From: Gemmatimonadota bacterium
GTDB lineage: Bacteria; Gemmatimonadota; Gemmatimonadetes; Gemmatimonadales; GWC2-71-9
Direction of reading: 5' to 3'
NCBI GenBank assembly: GCA_039591655.1
Contig: JBDHDE010000001.1
Span: 32,001 to 96,000, forward strand
Length of the DNA: 64,000 nt
Below the pieces are notes generated by a model. That model was not told the origin of the DNA, did not search any database, and worked only from the letters and a program-made list of their open reading frames with translations. The position numbers and the translations under genes are program-made. Of the stretch, positions 29,315 to 39,541 are shown piece by piece; position 1 is the first letter of the stretch, and the number at the start of each line of letters is the position of its first letter.

Positions 29315-32182
29315 CTAGCGCTCCACCGCACCACGTCGGGTGGCGGCCGGACCCACTGTGGGCTCCGCGGTGACCTCGACGAACGGTACGAACCCCTCGG
29401 GCACCTCCACCTCGGGGGGCACCGGCGCGAACTGGAGCCCCAGGGCGCGTCCCGGGGTCACCTCGACGGTGGCCGCGGCGCCGTATCCCAGGGGCGGCAG
29501 GGGGACGCGCTCCGTCCCCAGGTAGGTGATCTGGACATCGGCGCGCCAGGTCTCGGCCGGGCGCACATGGGCGAAAGCGGGATACAGCTCCACGATGAGC
29601 GACGTTCCCTGCCTCGTGGAATCCAGCTCCAGCGTCAGCCGTCCGAACGGGTAGTCGAGGGGTCCGTCACGCAGCAGCAGCCCAGTGCTGTCGAACACGG
29701 TGACGCCGAAGTCCGTGAGCTGATGCCACAGGTTACCTGGCAGCTCCACATCCACGATCATCTCGGTGGCCCATGGTGGGGCCCGGGTCTTGACGAAGCG
29801 GGGGGCGGCGCCGCTGCCCTCGAGGGTCTCGCGGTGCGCCACCCCAATGAGGTCCGCACTCACCCGGGCCACGACAGGTTCGGTCCCGGTGCAGCGGAAG
29901 GAAGCGGAGGGCCCCGTGCCCAGGGATGCCACGCTCACCTCTGGTAGGGCCGCGCTGAACTCGTACTTGACGGCGTCGAGTGGAGGCGCCACGACCACTG
30001 CCTCGTACACACCCGGCACCAGGTCGTTGCCCGACACCATGAGGTTCACGGACTGCGGCTGGAGGCCTCCAGCCGCACGGCTACTGCCACCCCGGAACGG
30101 CTGCCCGTTGCGCTCGAACAGGTACACCGTGGCCTCGTCGCCCCGCCTTGGGAGGCTGAGCTCTAGGGCGAGGCCGCCGCTCCCCTCCGGCACGTCGAGG
30201 AAGTAGCGGGCAACGGCCCCGGGCGTGAGCATGCCGCGCACCTTGAGGGGCGTGTCCAGGGTGTACGGTACCACAACCGTGTTGGTGAGACCGAACGATG
30301 GTCCGGCCAGCGTATCGCTGGCGGGGCGCGCCCAAACGGTGCCGACATAGAGCCCCGGATCACGCAACTGCTCGGCGTCGTAGGAGAGACTCACCGTCAC
30401 CGGCCCGCCTCCCGGCTCCATGACGCGGGGAGTCTCGATCCACGGGGTGTCGGACTCGAGGAGCAGCCGGGCGGCCGGCTGGCCCCCTACCGAGGTGACC
30501 ACGAACCGCTGAATGGTATCCCCCGACGACGCCAGCCCCGAGCGTCGGTAAGCCGCTGATCCCCTGGATGTGTTCCCCCCATCGGGGAGCGCCTGGACGT
30601 GGTACACTCCTGCCTGATGGGCCGCCCTGAGCCAGCGGTAGGCTGCCGTCGCGTTGGGAATGCCGCTTCCCTGATCGAGCACCGTTCCACCGCCCAGCGG
30701 CCTGGCCGTGGCCTGGATGGCCTGCTTGAGGTCGATGGCCCGCACCGAGCCGCCGTTTTGCTGGATGCCCGACAGCAGGAGCGCCGCTAGCCCGGCCACA
30801 TGGGGGGCCGCCATGCTGGTGCCGCCGGAGATCTCCTCCCCCGCCTGCCAGGGAGGGACATTGGAGAACGCCACGCCCGGCGCGCAGACGTCGGGCTTGG
30901 CGACCTCCCCACCCCTGGCGCTCCACCACCCCAGCACGTCGGTCTCGGGAGCGACGCCGGGCTGGGGCGCCTTGGCAAACACGCCGGGGAACAGCGCGCA
31001 CACCGATAGTGAGTAGGCCGCCGAGCCCGGGAATCCGAGACTCGAGATTCCCGGCCCGTCGTTGCCGACGCTGATCACGAACAGCACATCGGGGTGCTTG
31101 AGGCTGAATTCATTGATGAGGGAGTCGATGGCCGCGATCCCTTCGAGCTCGTTCCCGACCCCGAAGCTGAGGTTGAGCACCAGCGGCAGCGCGCGCCGGC
31201 GGGCGAAGTTCGCGGCGTAGTTCATCGCCCGCACCATGCTGCCGGTCACGGAGATGCCGCCCCGCGTATTGTTCGAGATCTTGAGGCCCAGGAGCTGGGC
31301 GCCGGGTGCCACCCCATCGAACCCTTCGACACCGAACATGTTGTGCCCTGCCGCGATGCCGGCGACGTGGGTTCCGTGACCCGAGTTGTCGAGGAAGAAA
31401 TCCAGGACGGGACGGCCATCCTCCTCGGAGAAGTTGACCGCAATGGTCATCGACCCCGACCCCTCACCACCCATGGGACTCAGGTAGGAGAAGGTCTCGG
31501 CGGCTACCAGGTAGTCGTGCACCGGGCGCTCGTCGTCGAGCATGCCGTCACCGTCGGTGTCCGTCACCACCACCCAGCCGCCGCTGGCCCGGCCCACGAC
31601 CACGGGGAACTCGTCGGTCATGCGGCCGTTGTCGTTCACGTCGGCTGCCGGCGTGGCGCCGAGCGTGATCTCCCGGAACAGCCCGCCATAGTAGGGACCC
31701 GCCGCGAAGCCGGCCACCCGTGCGAATCCGGCCAGGCGATGGCCCATGACCTCCATGGTACCTTCGACGCCGCGGGCTATCGGGGACAGGGGGATGCGCC
31801 CCTCGCCTGAGAAATCCCTCAGATCCAGGATCTTGCGCACACCGTGGCCGGTCACCTGTAACCCCGGCACCACGGCATCGAGCCCGCTGTCCAGGATGCC
31901 GATCACCACGCCGCGTCCGTCGTAGGTCGGGTAGGCTAGACGGAACGAATCCACCCCGATGCTTCGCACCGGCATCAGCCCCGCCAGCATGGCGTACTGC
32001 GGCGGCAACACGGGCTCCTTCGTTGCGACACCGGTGCGATCGGCACGAACGGCCGGCGCGACTGTGGGTGGCACGACGGCGGGCCGAGGCTCCGCCTGCG
32101 GCGCCGAGCTCCCGGCACACGCGGTTGATGCCGCGGCGATGAGCACCCACCACGGCCACTGCAACGTGATCGGCTGGCTCAC
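29315..32182 (-). CDS. S8 serine peptidase, tripeptidyl-peptidase II-like, probable lipoprotein
   Basis: Catalytic triad motifs ILDSG, HGTHVAGIAAG and GTSMAAPH; long insert between Asp and His; STAC lipobox-like N-terminus. Confidence 0.88.
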   Translation of the reverse strand: MSQPITLQWPWWVLIAAASTACAGSSAPQAEPRPAVVPPTVAPAVRADRTGVATKEPVLPPQYAMLAGLMPVRSIGVDSFRLAYPTYDGRGVVIGILDSGLDAVVPGLQVTGHGVRKILDLRDFSGEGRIPLSPIARGVEGTMEVMGHRLAGFARVAGFAAGPYYGGLFREITLGATPAADVNDNGRMTDEFPVVVGRASGGWVVVTDTDGDGMLDDERPVHDYLVAAETFSYLSPMGGEGSGSMTIAVNFSEEDGRPVLDFFLDNSGHGTHVAGIAAGHNMFGVEGFDGVAPGAQLLGLKISNNTRGGISVTGSMVRAMNYAANFARRRALPLVLNLSFGVGNELEGIAAIDSLINEFSLKHPDVLFVISVGNDGPGISSLGFPGSAAYSLSVCALFPGVFAKAPQPGVAPETDVLGWWSARGGEVAKPDVCAPGVAFSNVPPWQAGEEISGGTSMAAPHVAGLAALLLSGIQQNGGSVRAIDLKQAIQATARPLGGGTVLDQGSGIPNATAAYRWLRAAHQAGVYHVQALPDGGNTSRGSAAYRRSGLASSGDTIQRFVVTSVGGQPAARLLLESDTPWIETPRVMEPGGGPVTVSLSYDAEQLRDPGLYVGTVWARPASDTLAGPSFGLTNTVVVPYTLDTPLKVRGMLTPGAVARYFLDVPEGSGGLALELSLPRRGDEATVYLFERNGQPFRGGSSRAAGGLQPQSVNLMVSGNDLVPGVYEAVVVAPPLDAVKYEFSAALPEVSVASLGTGPSASFRCTGTEPVVARVSADLIGVAHRETLEGSGAAPRFVKTRAPPWATEMIVDVELPGNLWHQLTDFGVTVFDSTGLLLRDGPLDYPFGRLTLELDSTRQGTSLIVELYPAFAHVRPAETWRADVQITYLGTERVPLPPLGYGAAATVEVTPGRALGLQFAPVPPEVEVPEGFVPFVEVTAEPTVGPAATRRGAVER

Positions 32183-33801
32183 GAGAGGACGAAGTCCAGT
32201 GGCGGCAGGACGAAGGCTCCCAGGTGGGGGCCCCGGTAGTATCGCGTGGCACCCAACGCGAACCCCAGCATGGCACGCGCGTCCTCGGGAACGACTATCG
32301 CGTCCACGAAGCCCCGGGCCGCCGCGTACTTGGCGTCGAGGTTGTGCTCGTAATCGGCCCGCATCTTCTCCACCGCATCGGCGAGTTCGGGATCGTCGAC
32401 CCGATCCCCGAATACCGCATTCACCGCCGACTCTCCCTCCATGACACCCATGCGCCCGGTGGGCAGCGACAGAATGAAATCGGGGTCGAACCCCTGGCCC
32501 GCCATCGCGTAGTAGCCGGCGCCCGACGCGTGATTCACCGTGAGCACGAGCTTGGGCACCACTGCCGCAGCCATCGCCTCGACGAACATCGCTCCCGCTC
32601 GGATGATTCCGGAGTGCTCAGCCTCAGGCCCGACCATGAAGCCGCTCACGTCCTGCACGAACAGTAACGGAATCCGCTCACGGCTCGCGTTGTCGATGAA
32701 GTAGGCAACCTTCTCGGCGCTCTCGGTGTAGACGATGCCCCCGACCTTGGGAGCCTCGCCGGGCTGACCCTTGATGAGGCCGCGCCGGTTCGCGATGAGG
32801 GCGACCCGGTGACCTTCGACTGCTCCGTGACCACAGATCATCTCCTCCGCGATCTCGGGTTGGAACTCGTCGAGCCGACCCTCATCGAGTATGCAGTCCA
32901 GCACGTCCCGCATGTCGTACGCCATACGGTGGTCCGGCGGGAGAATATCGTACAGCTCGGCCGGCGCTCTCTTCGGGGGCTCCCCGGAGCCGCACTCTGC
33001 CGCCTCCCGTGCGAACGCCGCATCGGGTAGCCGCGCCACATAGTCGCGGATCTTGGTGATGCACTCGGAGTCATCCTTGGCTCGGTAGTGCGCCACGGCA
33101 GAGACGGCGGTGTGGGTGACGGCCCCTCCCAGCATCTCGCCGTCGACCCGCTGTCCCGTGGCCCCCTTCACGAGGTTCGGGCCGCCGAGCCCCATGAACG
33201 ACGTCCCGTCCGTCATGAAGATCACGTCGGACAGCGCAGGGAGGTACGCACCTCCCGCTACGCATTGCCCCATTACCGCGCTGATCTGTGGCACGTGGAG
33301 GTAGCGACGCATCAGCGAGTTGTAGTAGAAGATCCGCGCGGCGCCGTACTGCCCGGGGAACACGCCTTCCTGATATGGCAGGTTCACCCCGGCCGAGTCC
33401 ACCAGGTAGATGATCGGTATGCGCTCCCGCATGGCGATCTCTTGTGCCCGGAGCATCTTCTTGATGGTCTCCGGCCACCAGGACCCGGCCTTGACGGTGG
33501 CGTCGTTCGCGATAACGACGACGTGCCGGCCCGCCACCTGTGCGACACCGGTGATCACGCCCGCTCCAGGCGCCTGTCCGTCGTACCGATCGTAAGCGAC
33601 CAGAAGGCCCACTTCGAGCCACGGTGTGTCCGGATCCCGCAGCTGGCCGACGCGCTCGCGGGCCGTCAGCTTCCCCTGGTCGTGCTGTTTCTTGATCTTG
33701 GCCGGTCCCCCGCCCTGCTCGAGACGGACCGCCAGCTCGCGGTACTCCTCGCCGAGCTCGCGGAGGCGGGAGTGCTGGGTCAAAGATCCGCCGCTCGTCA
33801 C
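32179..33801 (-). CDS. Acyl-CoA carboxylase carboxyltransferase (beta) subunit, MCC-beta-like
   Basis: [30 protein letters not shown] and [12 protein letters not shown] 33801 overlaps upstream TGA. Confidence 0.92.
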   Translation of the reverse strand: MTSGGSLTQHSRLRELGEEYRELAVRLEQGGGPAKIKKQHDQGKLTARERVGQLRDPDTPWLEVGLLVAYDRYDGQAPGAGVITGVAQVAGRHVVVIANDATVKAGSWWPETIKKMLRAQEIAMRERIPIIYLVDSAGVNLPYQEGVFPGQYGAARIFYYNSLMRRYLHVPQISAVMGQCVAGGAYLPALSDVIFMTDGTSFMGLGGPNLVKGATGQRVDGEMLGGAVTHTAVSAVAHYRAKDDSECITKIRDYVARLPDAAFAREAAECGSGEPPKRAPAELYDILPPDHRMAYDMRDVLDCILDEGRLDEFQPEIAEEMICGHGAVEGHRVALIANRRGLIKGQPGEAPKVGGIVYTESAEKVAYFIDNASRERIPLLFVQDVSGFMVGPEAEHSGIIRAGAMFVEAMAAAVVPKLVLTVNHASGAGYYAMAGQGFDPDFILSLPTGRMGVMEGESAVNAVFGDRVDDPELADAVEKMRADYEHNLDAKYAAARGFVDAIVVPEDARAMLGFALGATRYYRGPHLGAFVLPPLDFVLS

Positions 33802-34214
33802 TCGGCGCCCTCTTCCGACCACGCGATGATGTAATCCACGATCTCCTGCGTGGCGCTGCCGGGGCCGAACAGCTTGGCGACCCCCTGGTCCTCGAGCTTC
33901 TCGATGTCCTCTTGGGGGATGATCCCGCCGCCGATGAGAAGCACCTCGGGTCGTCCGGCCTCACCCAGGAGCTCTCGCACGCGGGGGAAGAGCGTCATGT
34001 GGGCGCCCGAGAGAATGGAGAGACCGACCACGTCCACATCTTCCTGCACGGCCGCGGTGGCGACCATCTCGGGGGTCTGATGCAGCCCCGTGTAGATCAC
34101 CTCCATCCCCGCATCCCGCAGCGCCGCCGCCACCACCTTGGCCCCTCGGTCGTGGCCGTCCAAGCCCGGCTTGGCGACCAGGATGCGGATGGGACGACCC
34201 ACTCTCTTCGCCAT
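33798..34214 (-). CDS. Cobalamin-binding small subunit of acyl-CoA mutase (IcmB/McmA2-like)
   Basis: [11 protein letters not shown]12 motif, SILSGAH and GGIIP. Confidence 0.95.
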   Translation of the reverse strand: MAKRVGRPIRILVAKPGLDGHDRGAKVVAAALRDAGMEVIYTGLHQTPEMVATAAVQEDVDVVGLSILSGAHMTLFPRVRELLGEAGRPEVLLIGGGIIPQEDIEKLEDQGVAKLFGPGSATQEIVDYIIAWSEEGAE

Positions 34215-34223
34215 GGTGCGCGG

Positions 34224-34252
34224 AACCTAGCGTTGAGTGTGAACGGAAACAA
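34224..34252 (-). promoter_or_regulatory. Possible internal sigma70 promoter, near-leaderless, for the B12-subunit gene
   Basis: TTGTTT-17 bp-TAGGTT; 9 nt to ATG. Confidence 0.5.
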
Positions 34253-34273
34253 GCGTCGCGCGCATCATCTCTC

Positions 34274-35449
34274 TCATCGCTTTCTGAAGCGCAGCAGGGC
34301 CGCGAGGCCGTCCACCCGGGAGCGAGCGTCGCCGTCCTCCACGACCTCCACGTGACTGCCCTGTCGCAGAGCTTCCTCGATGGCCTCGTCGATCACGTCG
34401 GGCACGGCCTCCGCATCGCCCTCGGCGCCGCAGTCCTCGTCCGCCGTGGTCAGGCGGCCGGTCTGGGCACACCGGAAGCCGCTCCGCTCCACCGTGGGAT
34501 CCACGAGGAGGGTCCGGACCTGGCCCTGCGCCAGAGCTGCGAGCACCGCCGCCACGCCGTTCACCGCCCACCCGGTCCCGAGCCGCTCCCGGAGTGAGGC
34601 TACGTGCTCCGCTTCCCACATGCGCTCCGTGTCACGGCGCACGCCGAGCACGGCGTCGCGGACCTCGGCCGGCGTGGCGGTCTTGGGATTCAGCTTGGCA
34701 GAACCGAGGAGCAGCTTCACCAGGTAGGGATGCAGGTGTGGCTCGACGGCATCCGCGTCGGCACCCGTCCCCGCCAGCACGATGCCCCTGACAGCCAGCT
34801 CCCGGGAAGCGTCGAACAACCGGTGCGCGATCTGGGCGTAATGGCGCTGCTTCTCTTCCCGGATGCGCTGGTGGTACTTGTGCTCGCCGGCCGACCCCAG
34901 GCCGCGGAACCGCCCGGGTCGCGTGGTATCCCCCGCCGGGAGGCTGGAGTGCTCCTCCACCCCGAAAGCGGTGACCTCAAAGAAGCGTGCGCCGGTGCGA
35001 TCGTACGCGGCACACAGCACGAGGCCGAACTCGTCATTGAGCGCCGCCGCCTCGCGAATCAGCGGGGAATGGTCGATGGCGAGCCGGGAGCGGAAAACTC
35101 GCGGTAGCGGCACCGCTTCGAACAGGTCGAGCGGTTCACACGCGAACAGCGCGATGCCCGCTCCAGTGGCGAGATTGCCCGGGTCCTCCAGGTATTCCCT
35201 AATGCGGTTCAGGTCGCGTGCGATGACCTCGCGATCGTTCCGCGGGATGTCCCGCTCCTCCAACCGTGCAAGACGTTCCTTGATGCGGTTCTTGAGCTTG
35301 ATCAGGTACTTCCCACGACTCCGGTCTCGTGGCTCCAGCTTGAGATAGCACGAGACCACCCAGTGCTCAGTGGCGCCGAGCTCCGCCAGCCAGTCAACGA
35401 TCGGCTGTACCGTCGCGGCGCGACCGGGCTCCGACGTCAGCCGGCCCAT
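34274..35449 (-). CDS. Bacterial archaeo-eukaryotic release factor 1-like protein (baeRF family)
   Basis: VSCYL N-domain, GIALFAC, RNase H-like middle (GIVLAG), C-terminal L7Ae-like domain (AVNGV..V..AL..GQV.TLLV, GLAALLRF). Confidence 0.8.
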   Translation of the reverse strand: MGRLTSEPGRAATVQPIVDWLAELGATEHWVVSCYLKLEPRDRSRGKYLIKLKNRIKERLARLEERDIPRNDREVIARDLNRIREYLEDPGNLATGAGIALFACEPLDLFEAVPLPRVFRSRLAIDHSPLIREAAALNDEFGLVLCAAYDRTGARFFEVTAFGVEEHSSLPAGDTTRPGRFRGLGSAGEHKYHQRIREEKQRHYAQIAHRLFDASRELAVRGIVLAGTGADADAVEPHLHPYLVKLLLGSAKLNPKTATPAEVRDAVLGVRRDTERMWEAEHVASLRERLGTGWAVNGVAAVLAALAQGQVRTLLVDPTVERSGFRCAQTGRLTTADEDCGAEGDAEAVPDVIDEAIEEALRQGSHVEVVEDGDARSRVDGLAALLRFRKR

Positions 35450-35474
35450 GCCACCGCGGGTTGCGCTCGCGCCT

Positions 35475-37121
35475 CTAGAAGAAGATGGGTTCGCGGTATG
35501 CACCGTATACCTCCTCCAGGGCATGACGAATCTCATAGAGTGTGCAGTAGGCCCGGGCGGCATCGAGCATCGCCGGGATCACGTTCTCGTCTCGCGCCGC
35601 CGCCTCCCGCAGTGCGACGAGGGCGCCGTCGGCCCGGCGTGGGTCCCGCCGACCGCGGAGCTCCGCCAGGCGACGGTGCTGGAACTCCGCAGGACCCTCG
35701 GTCACCTTGAGGATCTCGAGCTCCTCCCCATCGGTATCCTCGAACTCGTTCAACCCGACGACGATGCGTCGCTTCTGCTCCACCTCGTGCTGGAACCGCA
35801 ACGCGCTCCGGTGGATACGGCGCTGGAACCAGCCCTGCTCGATCCCCGCCACCACGCCGCCCATGCGCCCGATCTCCTCGAACAAGGCCTCGGCCTCGCG
35901 CTCCATCCGGTCGGTGAGCGCCTCCACGTAGTACGAGCCGGCCAACGGGTCGATGACGTTGGCGATCCCGGTCTCGTAGGCCAGGATCTGCTGCGTGCGC
36001 AAGGCGAGCTTGACGGCGTCCTGGGTGGGCAGCGCGAGCGTCTCATCCAGCGAGTTGGTGTGCAGCGACTGCGTGCCTCCGAGAGCGGCGGCCATTCCCT
36101 GGTAGGCCACGCGGACCACGTTGTTCAGCGGCTGCTGCGCCGTGAGCGACACGCCGGCCGTCTGGCAGTGGAACCGCATCTTCCATGACCAGGGGTCCTT
36201 GGCGTCGTAGCGCTCCCGCATGTGCCGCGCCCAGATGCGACGGGCGGCGCGCATCTTGGCGATCTCTTCGAAGAAGTCGTTGTGCACGTCCCAGAAGAAC
36301 GAGAGGCGCGGCGCGAAATGGTCCACGTCCAGGCCACGGGCGATCCCCCGTTCCACGTACTCGAAGCCGTTTGCCAGTGTGAAGGCCAGCTCCTCGGCGG
36401 CCGTAGCGCCCGCCTCGCGGATGTGGTAGCCGCTGATGGAGATGGTGTTCCACTGCGGGGTGTGCTCGGACGCCCACTCGAACATATCGACGATGATCTT
36501 GAGTGCAGGCTCGACGGGGTACACCCACGCGTGCTGGGCCATGTACTCCTTGAGTATGTCGTTCTGTACGGTGCCCCGGATCTTCGCGATGTCCACGCCC
36601 TGGCGCTCGGCGGCCGCCACGTAGAAGCAGAACAGCATGGCCGCCGGACCGTTGATCGTCATGGACGTGGAGACCCGCTCCATCGGGATCCCGTCGAACA
36701 GCGTCTCCATATCCGCCAAGGAGGAGATGGCGACCCCGCACTTTCCTACCTCTCCTTCGGCCCGCGGGGAATCGGAGTCGTACCCCATGAGCGTGGGGAA
36801 ATCGAAGGCGACTGAGAGCCCCGTCTGGCCTCGCTCCAGCAGGAACTTGTAGCGGCGGTTGGTATCCTCAGCGGTTCCGAACCCGGAGAACTGCCGCATG
36901 GTCCACAGCCGCCCCCGGTACATCGTGGGATGGATGCCTCGCGTGTACGGATACGCGCCGGGGTAGCCGAGCTGCGCCTCGGGGTCGAACCCGCCCAGGT
37001 CGTCGGGCGTGTACACCGGCTCGACCTCGGCGGAGCTCTGACTCACGAAGTCCACGTCGCGCCGCTTCGGCGCCTCGTCGAACTGGGCCCGCCAGGCCTT
37101 GCGGGAACCGTCCTTGCTCAT
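35475..37121 (-). CDS. B12-dependent acyl-CoA mutase large subunit with isobutyryl-CoA mutase-type residues
   Basis: [41 protein letters not shown] and GGTQSLHTN. Confidence 0.93.
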   Translation of the reverse strand: MSKDGSRKAWRAQFDEAPKRRDVDFVSQSSAEVEPVYTPDDLGGFDPEAQLGYPGAYPYTRGIHPTMYRGRLWTMRQFSGFGTAEDTNRRYKFLLERGQTGLSVAFDFPTLMGYDSDSPRAEGEVGKCGVAISSLADMETLFDGIPMERVSTSMTINGPAAMLFCFYVAAAERQGVDIAKIRGTVQNDILKEYMAQHAWVYPVEPALKIIVDMFEWASEHTPQWNTISISGYHIREAGATAAEELAFTLANGFEYVERGIARGLDVDHFAPRLSFFWDVHNDFFEEIAKMRAARRIWARHMRERYDAKDPWSWKMRFHCQTAGVSLTAQQPLNNVVRVAYQGMAAALGGTQSLHTNSLDETLALPTQDAVKLALRTQQILAYETGIANVIDPLAGSYYVEALTDRMEREAEALFEEIGRMGGVVAGIEQGWFQRRIHRSALRFQHEVEQKRRIVVGLNEFEDTDGEELEILKVTEGPAEFQHRRLAELRGRRDPRRADGALVALREAAARDENVIPAMLDAARAYCTLYEIRHALEEVYGAYREPIFF

Positions 37122-38152
37122 CGTTTCGAGGCCTCCTGTAGATCCGCCACGATGTCGTGCGCCAGCTTGTAAGGGCTCACCCGCCCGCTCACAACGTCAT
37201 CTATTCCCGCCGCCAGCCTCGCCTCTCCGTCCCCCTCATGCCACACGAGATTGCTCAGCGCGCGGTCGACTACCTCGCGGGTGTGGCGCGCCAGCCTCTC
37301 CCGTCGCAACGCGTCGAGCATCCCACTTCGTTCCAGGTGGGAGTAGTGGGCGTCGAACGCCTCCGTCAGCGCGTCGATCCCCTCCCCGCTCACTGCCACC
37401 GACGACAGCACCGGCGGCGACCACTCGGCGGCCACACTCTCGCCTTCGGGCCGGTCGGGGCTCCCTTCGATGCCGCTATGGTGCGGCGCAATGTGCCGGA
37501 AGGCGTTCCCCCTCCGAATCCCCAGCATGATATCCACCTCCTGCACGAGGCGGTCGGCACCGGGGCGGTCTGCCTTGTTCACCAGGTAGAGGTCGGCGAT
37601 CTCCATGACGCCGGCCTTGAGCACCTGTACGCCGTCACCGGACTCCGGCACGAGCACCAGCGCCGTGGTGTCGGCGCTACCCGCGATGGCCAGCTCCGAC
37701 TGGCCCACACCCACGGTCTCGATGATGATGCGCTCGAACCCGAAGGCATCGAGCACATCGCAGACCTCGCGCGTCGTGGTCGCCAACCCGCCGTGCGCCC
37801 CCCGGGAGGCCATCGACCGGATGTACACGCCGGGATCCAGCGTGAGGGATTCCATGCGAATCCGGTCTCCCAGGAGCGCCCCGCCGGTGAACGGACTCGT
37901 GGGATCCACTGCCACCACCGCGACGGTGGCGTCGCGGTCGCGGTACGCCTGCACCAGACGCTCGATCAGCGTCGATTTACCGCCCCCGGGCGGTCCCGTA
38001 ATCCCGATGCGGTGTGCCCGTCCCACCATCGGGTGCAACGTGGATAGGAGACCCTCGTAGCCGTCACGCCCGTTTTCCACGAGCGAGATGGCTCGAGCGA
38101 GAGCGGGCATCCGACGCTGCTTGATGCCTTCAATGAGGCCGTCGTTCGCCAT
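37118..38152 (-). CDS. meaB: MeaB/ArgK mutase-associated GTPase chaperone
   Basis: [39 protein letters not shown] and NKAD. Confidence 0.95.
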   Translation of the reverse strand: MANDGLIEGIKQRRMPALARAISLVENGRDGYEGLLSTLHPMVGRAHRIGITGPPGGGKSTLIERLVQAYRDRDATVAVVAVDPTSPFTGGALLGDRIRMESLTLDPGVYIRSMASRGAHGGLATTTREVCDVLDAFGFERIIIETVGVGQSELAIAGSADTTALVLVPESGDGVQVLKAGVMEIADLYLVNKADRPGADRLVQEVDIMLGIRRGNAFRHIAPHHSGIEGSPDRPEGESVAAEWSPPVLSSVAVSGEGIDALTEAFDAHYSHLERSGMLDALRRERLARHTREVVDRALSNLVWHEGDGEARLAAGIDDVVSGRVSPYKLAHDIVADLQEASKR

Positions 38153-38194
38153 TGTCCTAAGTTCGCGACAGCCGGGTTTGACCCGCAACCCGCG

Positions 38195-39541
38195 CTACCT
38201 GCCGGGAAGCAGCAGGAGTGCGGCCAGCCCCAGCAGAATGAAGAATCCGGCGATGTCCGTGACGGCCGTGACGAAGCCCGAGCTCGCGACCGCCGGGTCG
38301 ACCCCGATGCGCTGCAGCAGCAGGGGGACCGCCGCCCCCACGGTAGCCGCCACCACAAGGCTTCCCCACATGGCAACCATCACTACGGCCCCGAGCTCCC
38401 AGCCGCGGCCGAGAGCGATGGTCACCAGTCCCACCACCAGACCGATGGCCAGGCCGTTGATGATTCCCACCACCATCTCCTTGCCCACGAGGGCCAGTCC
38501 CTTCCGGGCCGGTATCATCCCCAACGCGATGCGCCGCACGGTGACGGCGAGAGCCTGGGTACCGGCGCTGCCACCGAGGCCGGCCACGATGGGCATGAGA
38601 GCGGCCAGTACCACGAGCTGGCTGATGGTCTCCTCGAAGGAGAGCACCACCGCCCCCGCGAAAAAGGCGGTGAACAGGTTGACGTAGAGCCACGGTAGGC
38701 GGCTGCGCACGGCGTGGAACCAGGGTCCTCCTAGCTGCTCGTCGCCCGCGCCGCCGCCGAACATCAGCAGGTCTTCGGTCTGCTCGGCCTCCACCACGTC
38801 GATCACGTCGTCGAAGGTGACACGCCCGAGCAGCTTGCCGTCCGCGCTCACGACCGGGACGGCAGGCACATTGTAGCGGCCCATGAGGCGCGCCACTTCC
38901 TCCTGGTCGGTCTCGGGCGCGGCTACCACCGACGGCGCCTCCATGAGTTGGCTGACCGGCGTCTCGGGCCTCGCGACGACCATGCGCTGCAGCGGGAGGA
39001 TCCCCACGAGGCGATGATGGTCGTCCACGCAGTAGATCTGGTAGAACTCCCCCACCTCTTCAGCCTGGCGCCGCACTTCATTGATCGCCTCGCCCGCCGT
39101 CGCGCTCTGCTGGACGGCGACGGCGTGGGCGGTCATCCGGCCCCCGGCCGTCTCCTCGTCGTAGACCAGCAACCGCTCGATGTCCGCACGGTCCGCGACG
39201 TGGGTGAGGATCCGCTCCCCGGTCTCCGGCGGCAGCTCGCTGATCAGATCGACCGCGTCGTCGTCCTCGAGCTCCTCCACGATGTCGGCGGCCTTCTCGG
39301 GTCTGAGCGCCGCCAGGAGCTCTTCGGGGTGCTCCTCCTCTTCCATCTCCGCCAGGGCCTCGGACACCACTTCCGGCGGCAAAGTCTGAACCAGCCGCAG
39401 CCGCGTGTCCTCGTCCAGCGCCGCGAGGATGTCCGACAGATCCGACGGGTGCAGCTCGCGGGCGCGCGCCGTCAACCGGGCGACGTCCCCCGACTCTGCC
39501 AGCTGCCGCAGCTCTTCGATAACGACTTCTTGCTCGTTCAT
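38195..39541 (-). CDS. mgtE: Magnesium transporter MgtE
   Basis: N-domain (HPSDL, DDAVD), CBS pair, RLPWL, GGSAGTQ and DPAVAS..VTAVTD. Confidence 0.95.
   Translation of the reverse strand: MNEQEVVIEELRQLAESGDVARLTARARELHPSDLSDILAALDEDTRLRLVQTLPPEVVSEALAEMEEEEHPEELLAALRPEKAADIVEELEDDDAVDLISELPPETGERILTHVADRADIERLLVYDEETAGGRMTAHAVAVQQSATAGEAINEVRRQAEEVGEFYQIYCVDDHHRLVGILPLQRMVVARPETPVSQLMEAPSVVAAPETDQEEVARLMGRYNVPAVPVVSADGKLLGRVTFDDVIDVVEAEQTEDLLMFGGGAGDEQLGGPWFHAVRSRLPWLYVNLFTAFFAGAVVLSFEETISQLVVLAALMPIVAGLGGSAGTQALAVTVRRIALGMIPARKGLALVGKEMVVGIINGLAIGLVVGLVTIALGRGWELGAVVMVAMWGSLVVAATVGAAVPLLLQRIGVDPAVASSGFVTAVTDIAGFFILLGLAALLLLPGR

Noticed and set aside
27803..29947. 714-aa plus-strand ORF, and similar long ORFs at 19248-20930, 54332-56356, 56489-58495 and 58320-59756
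   Set aside because: Antisense shadows of well-supported minus-strand genes, expected in high-GC DNA; no recognisable motifs
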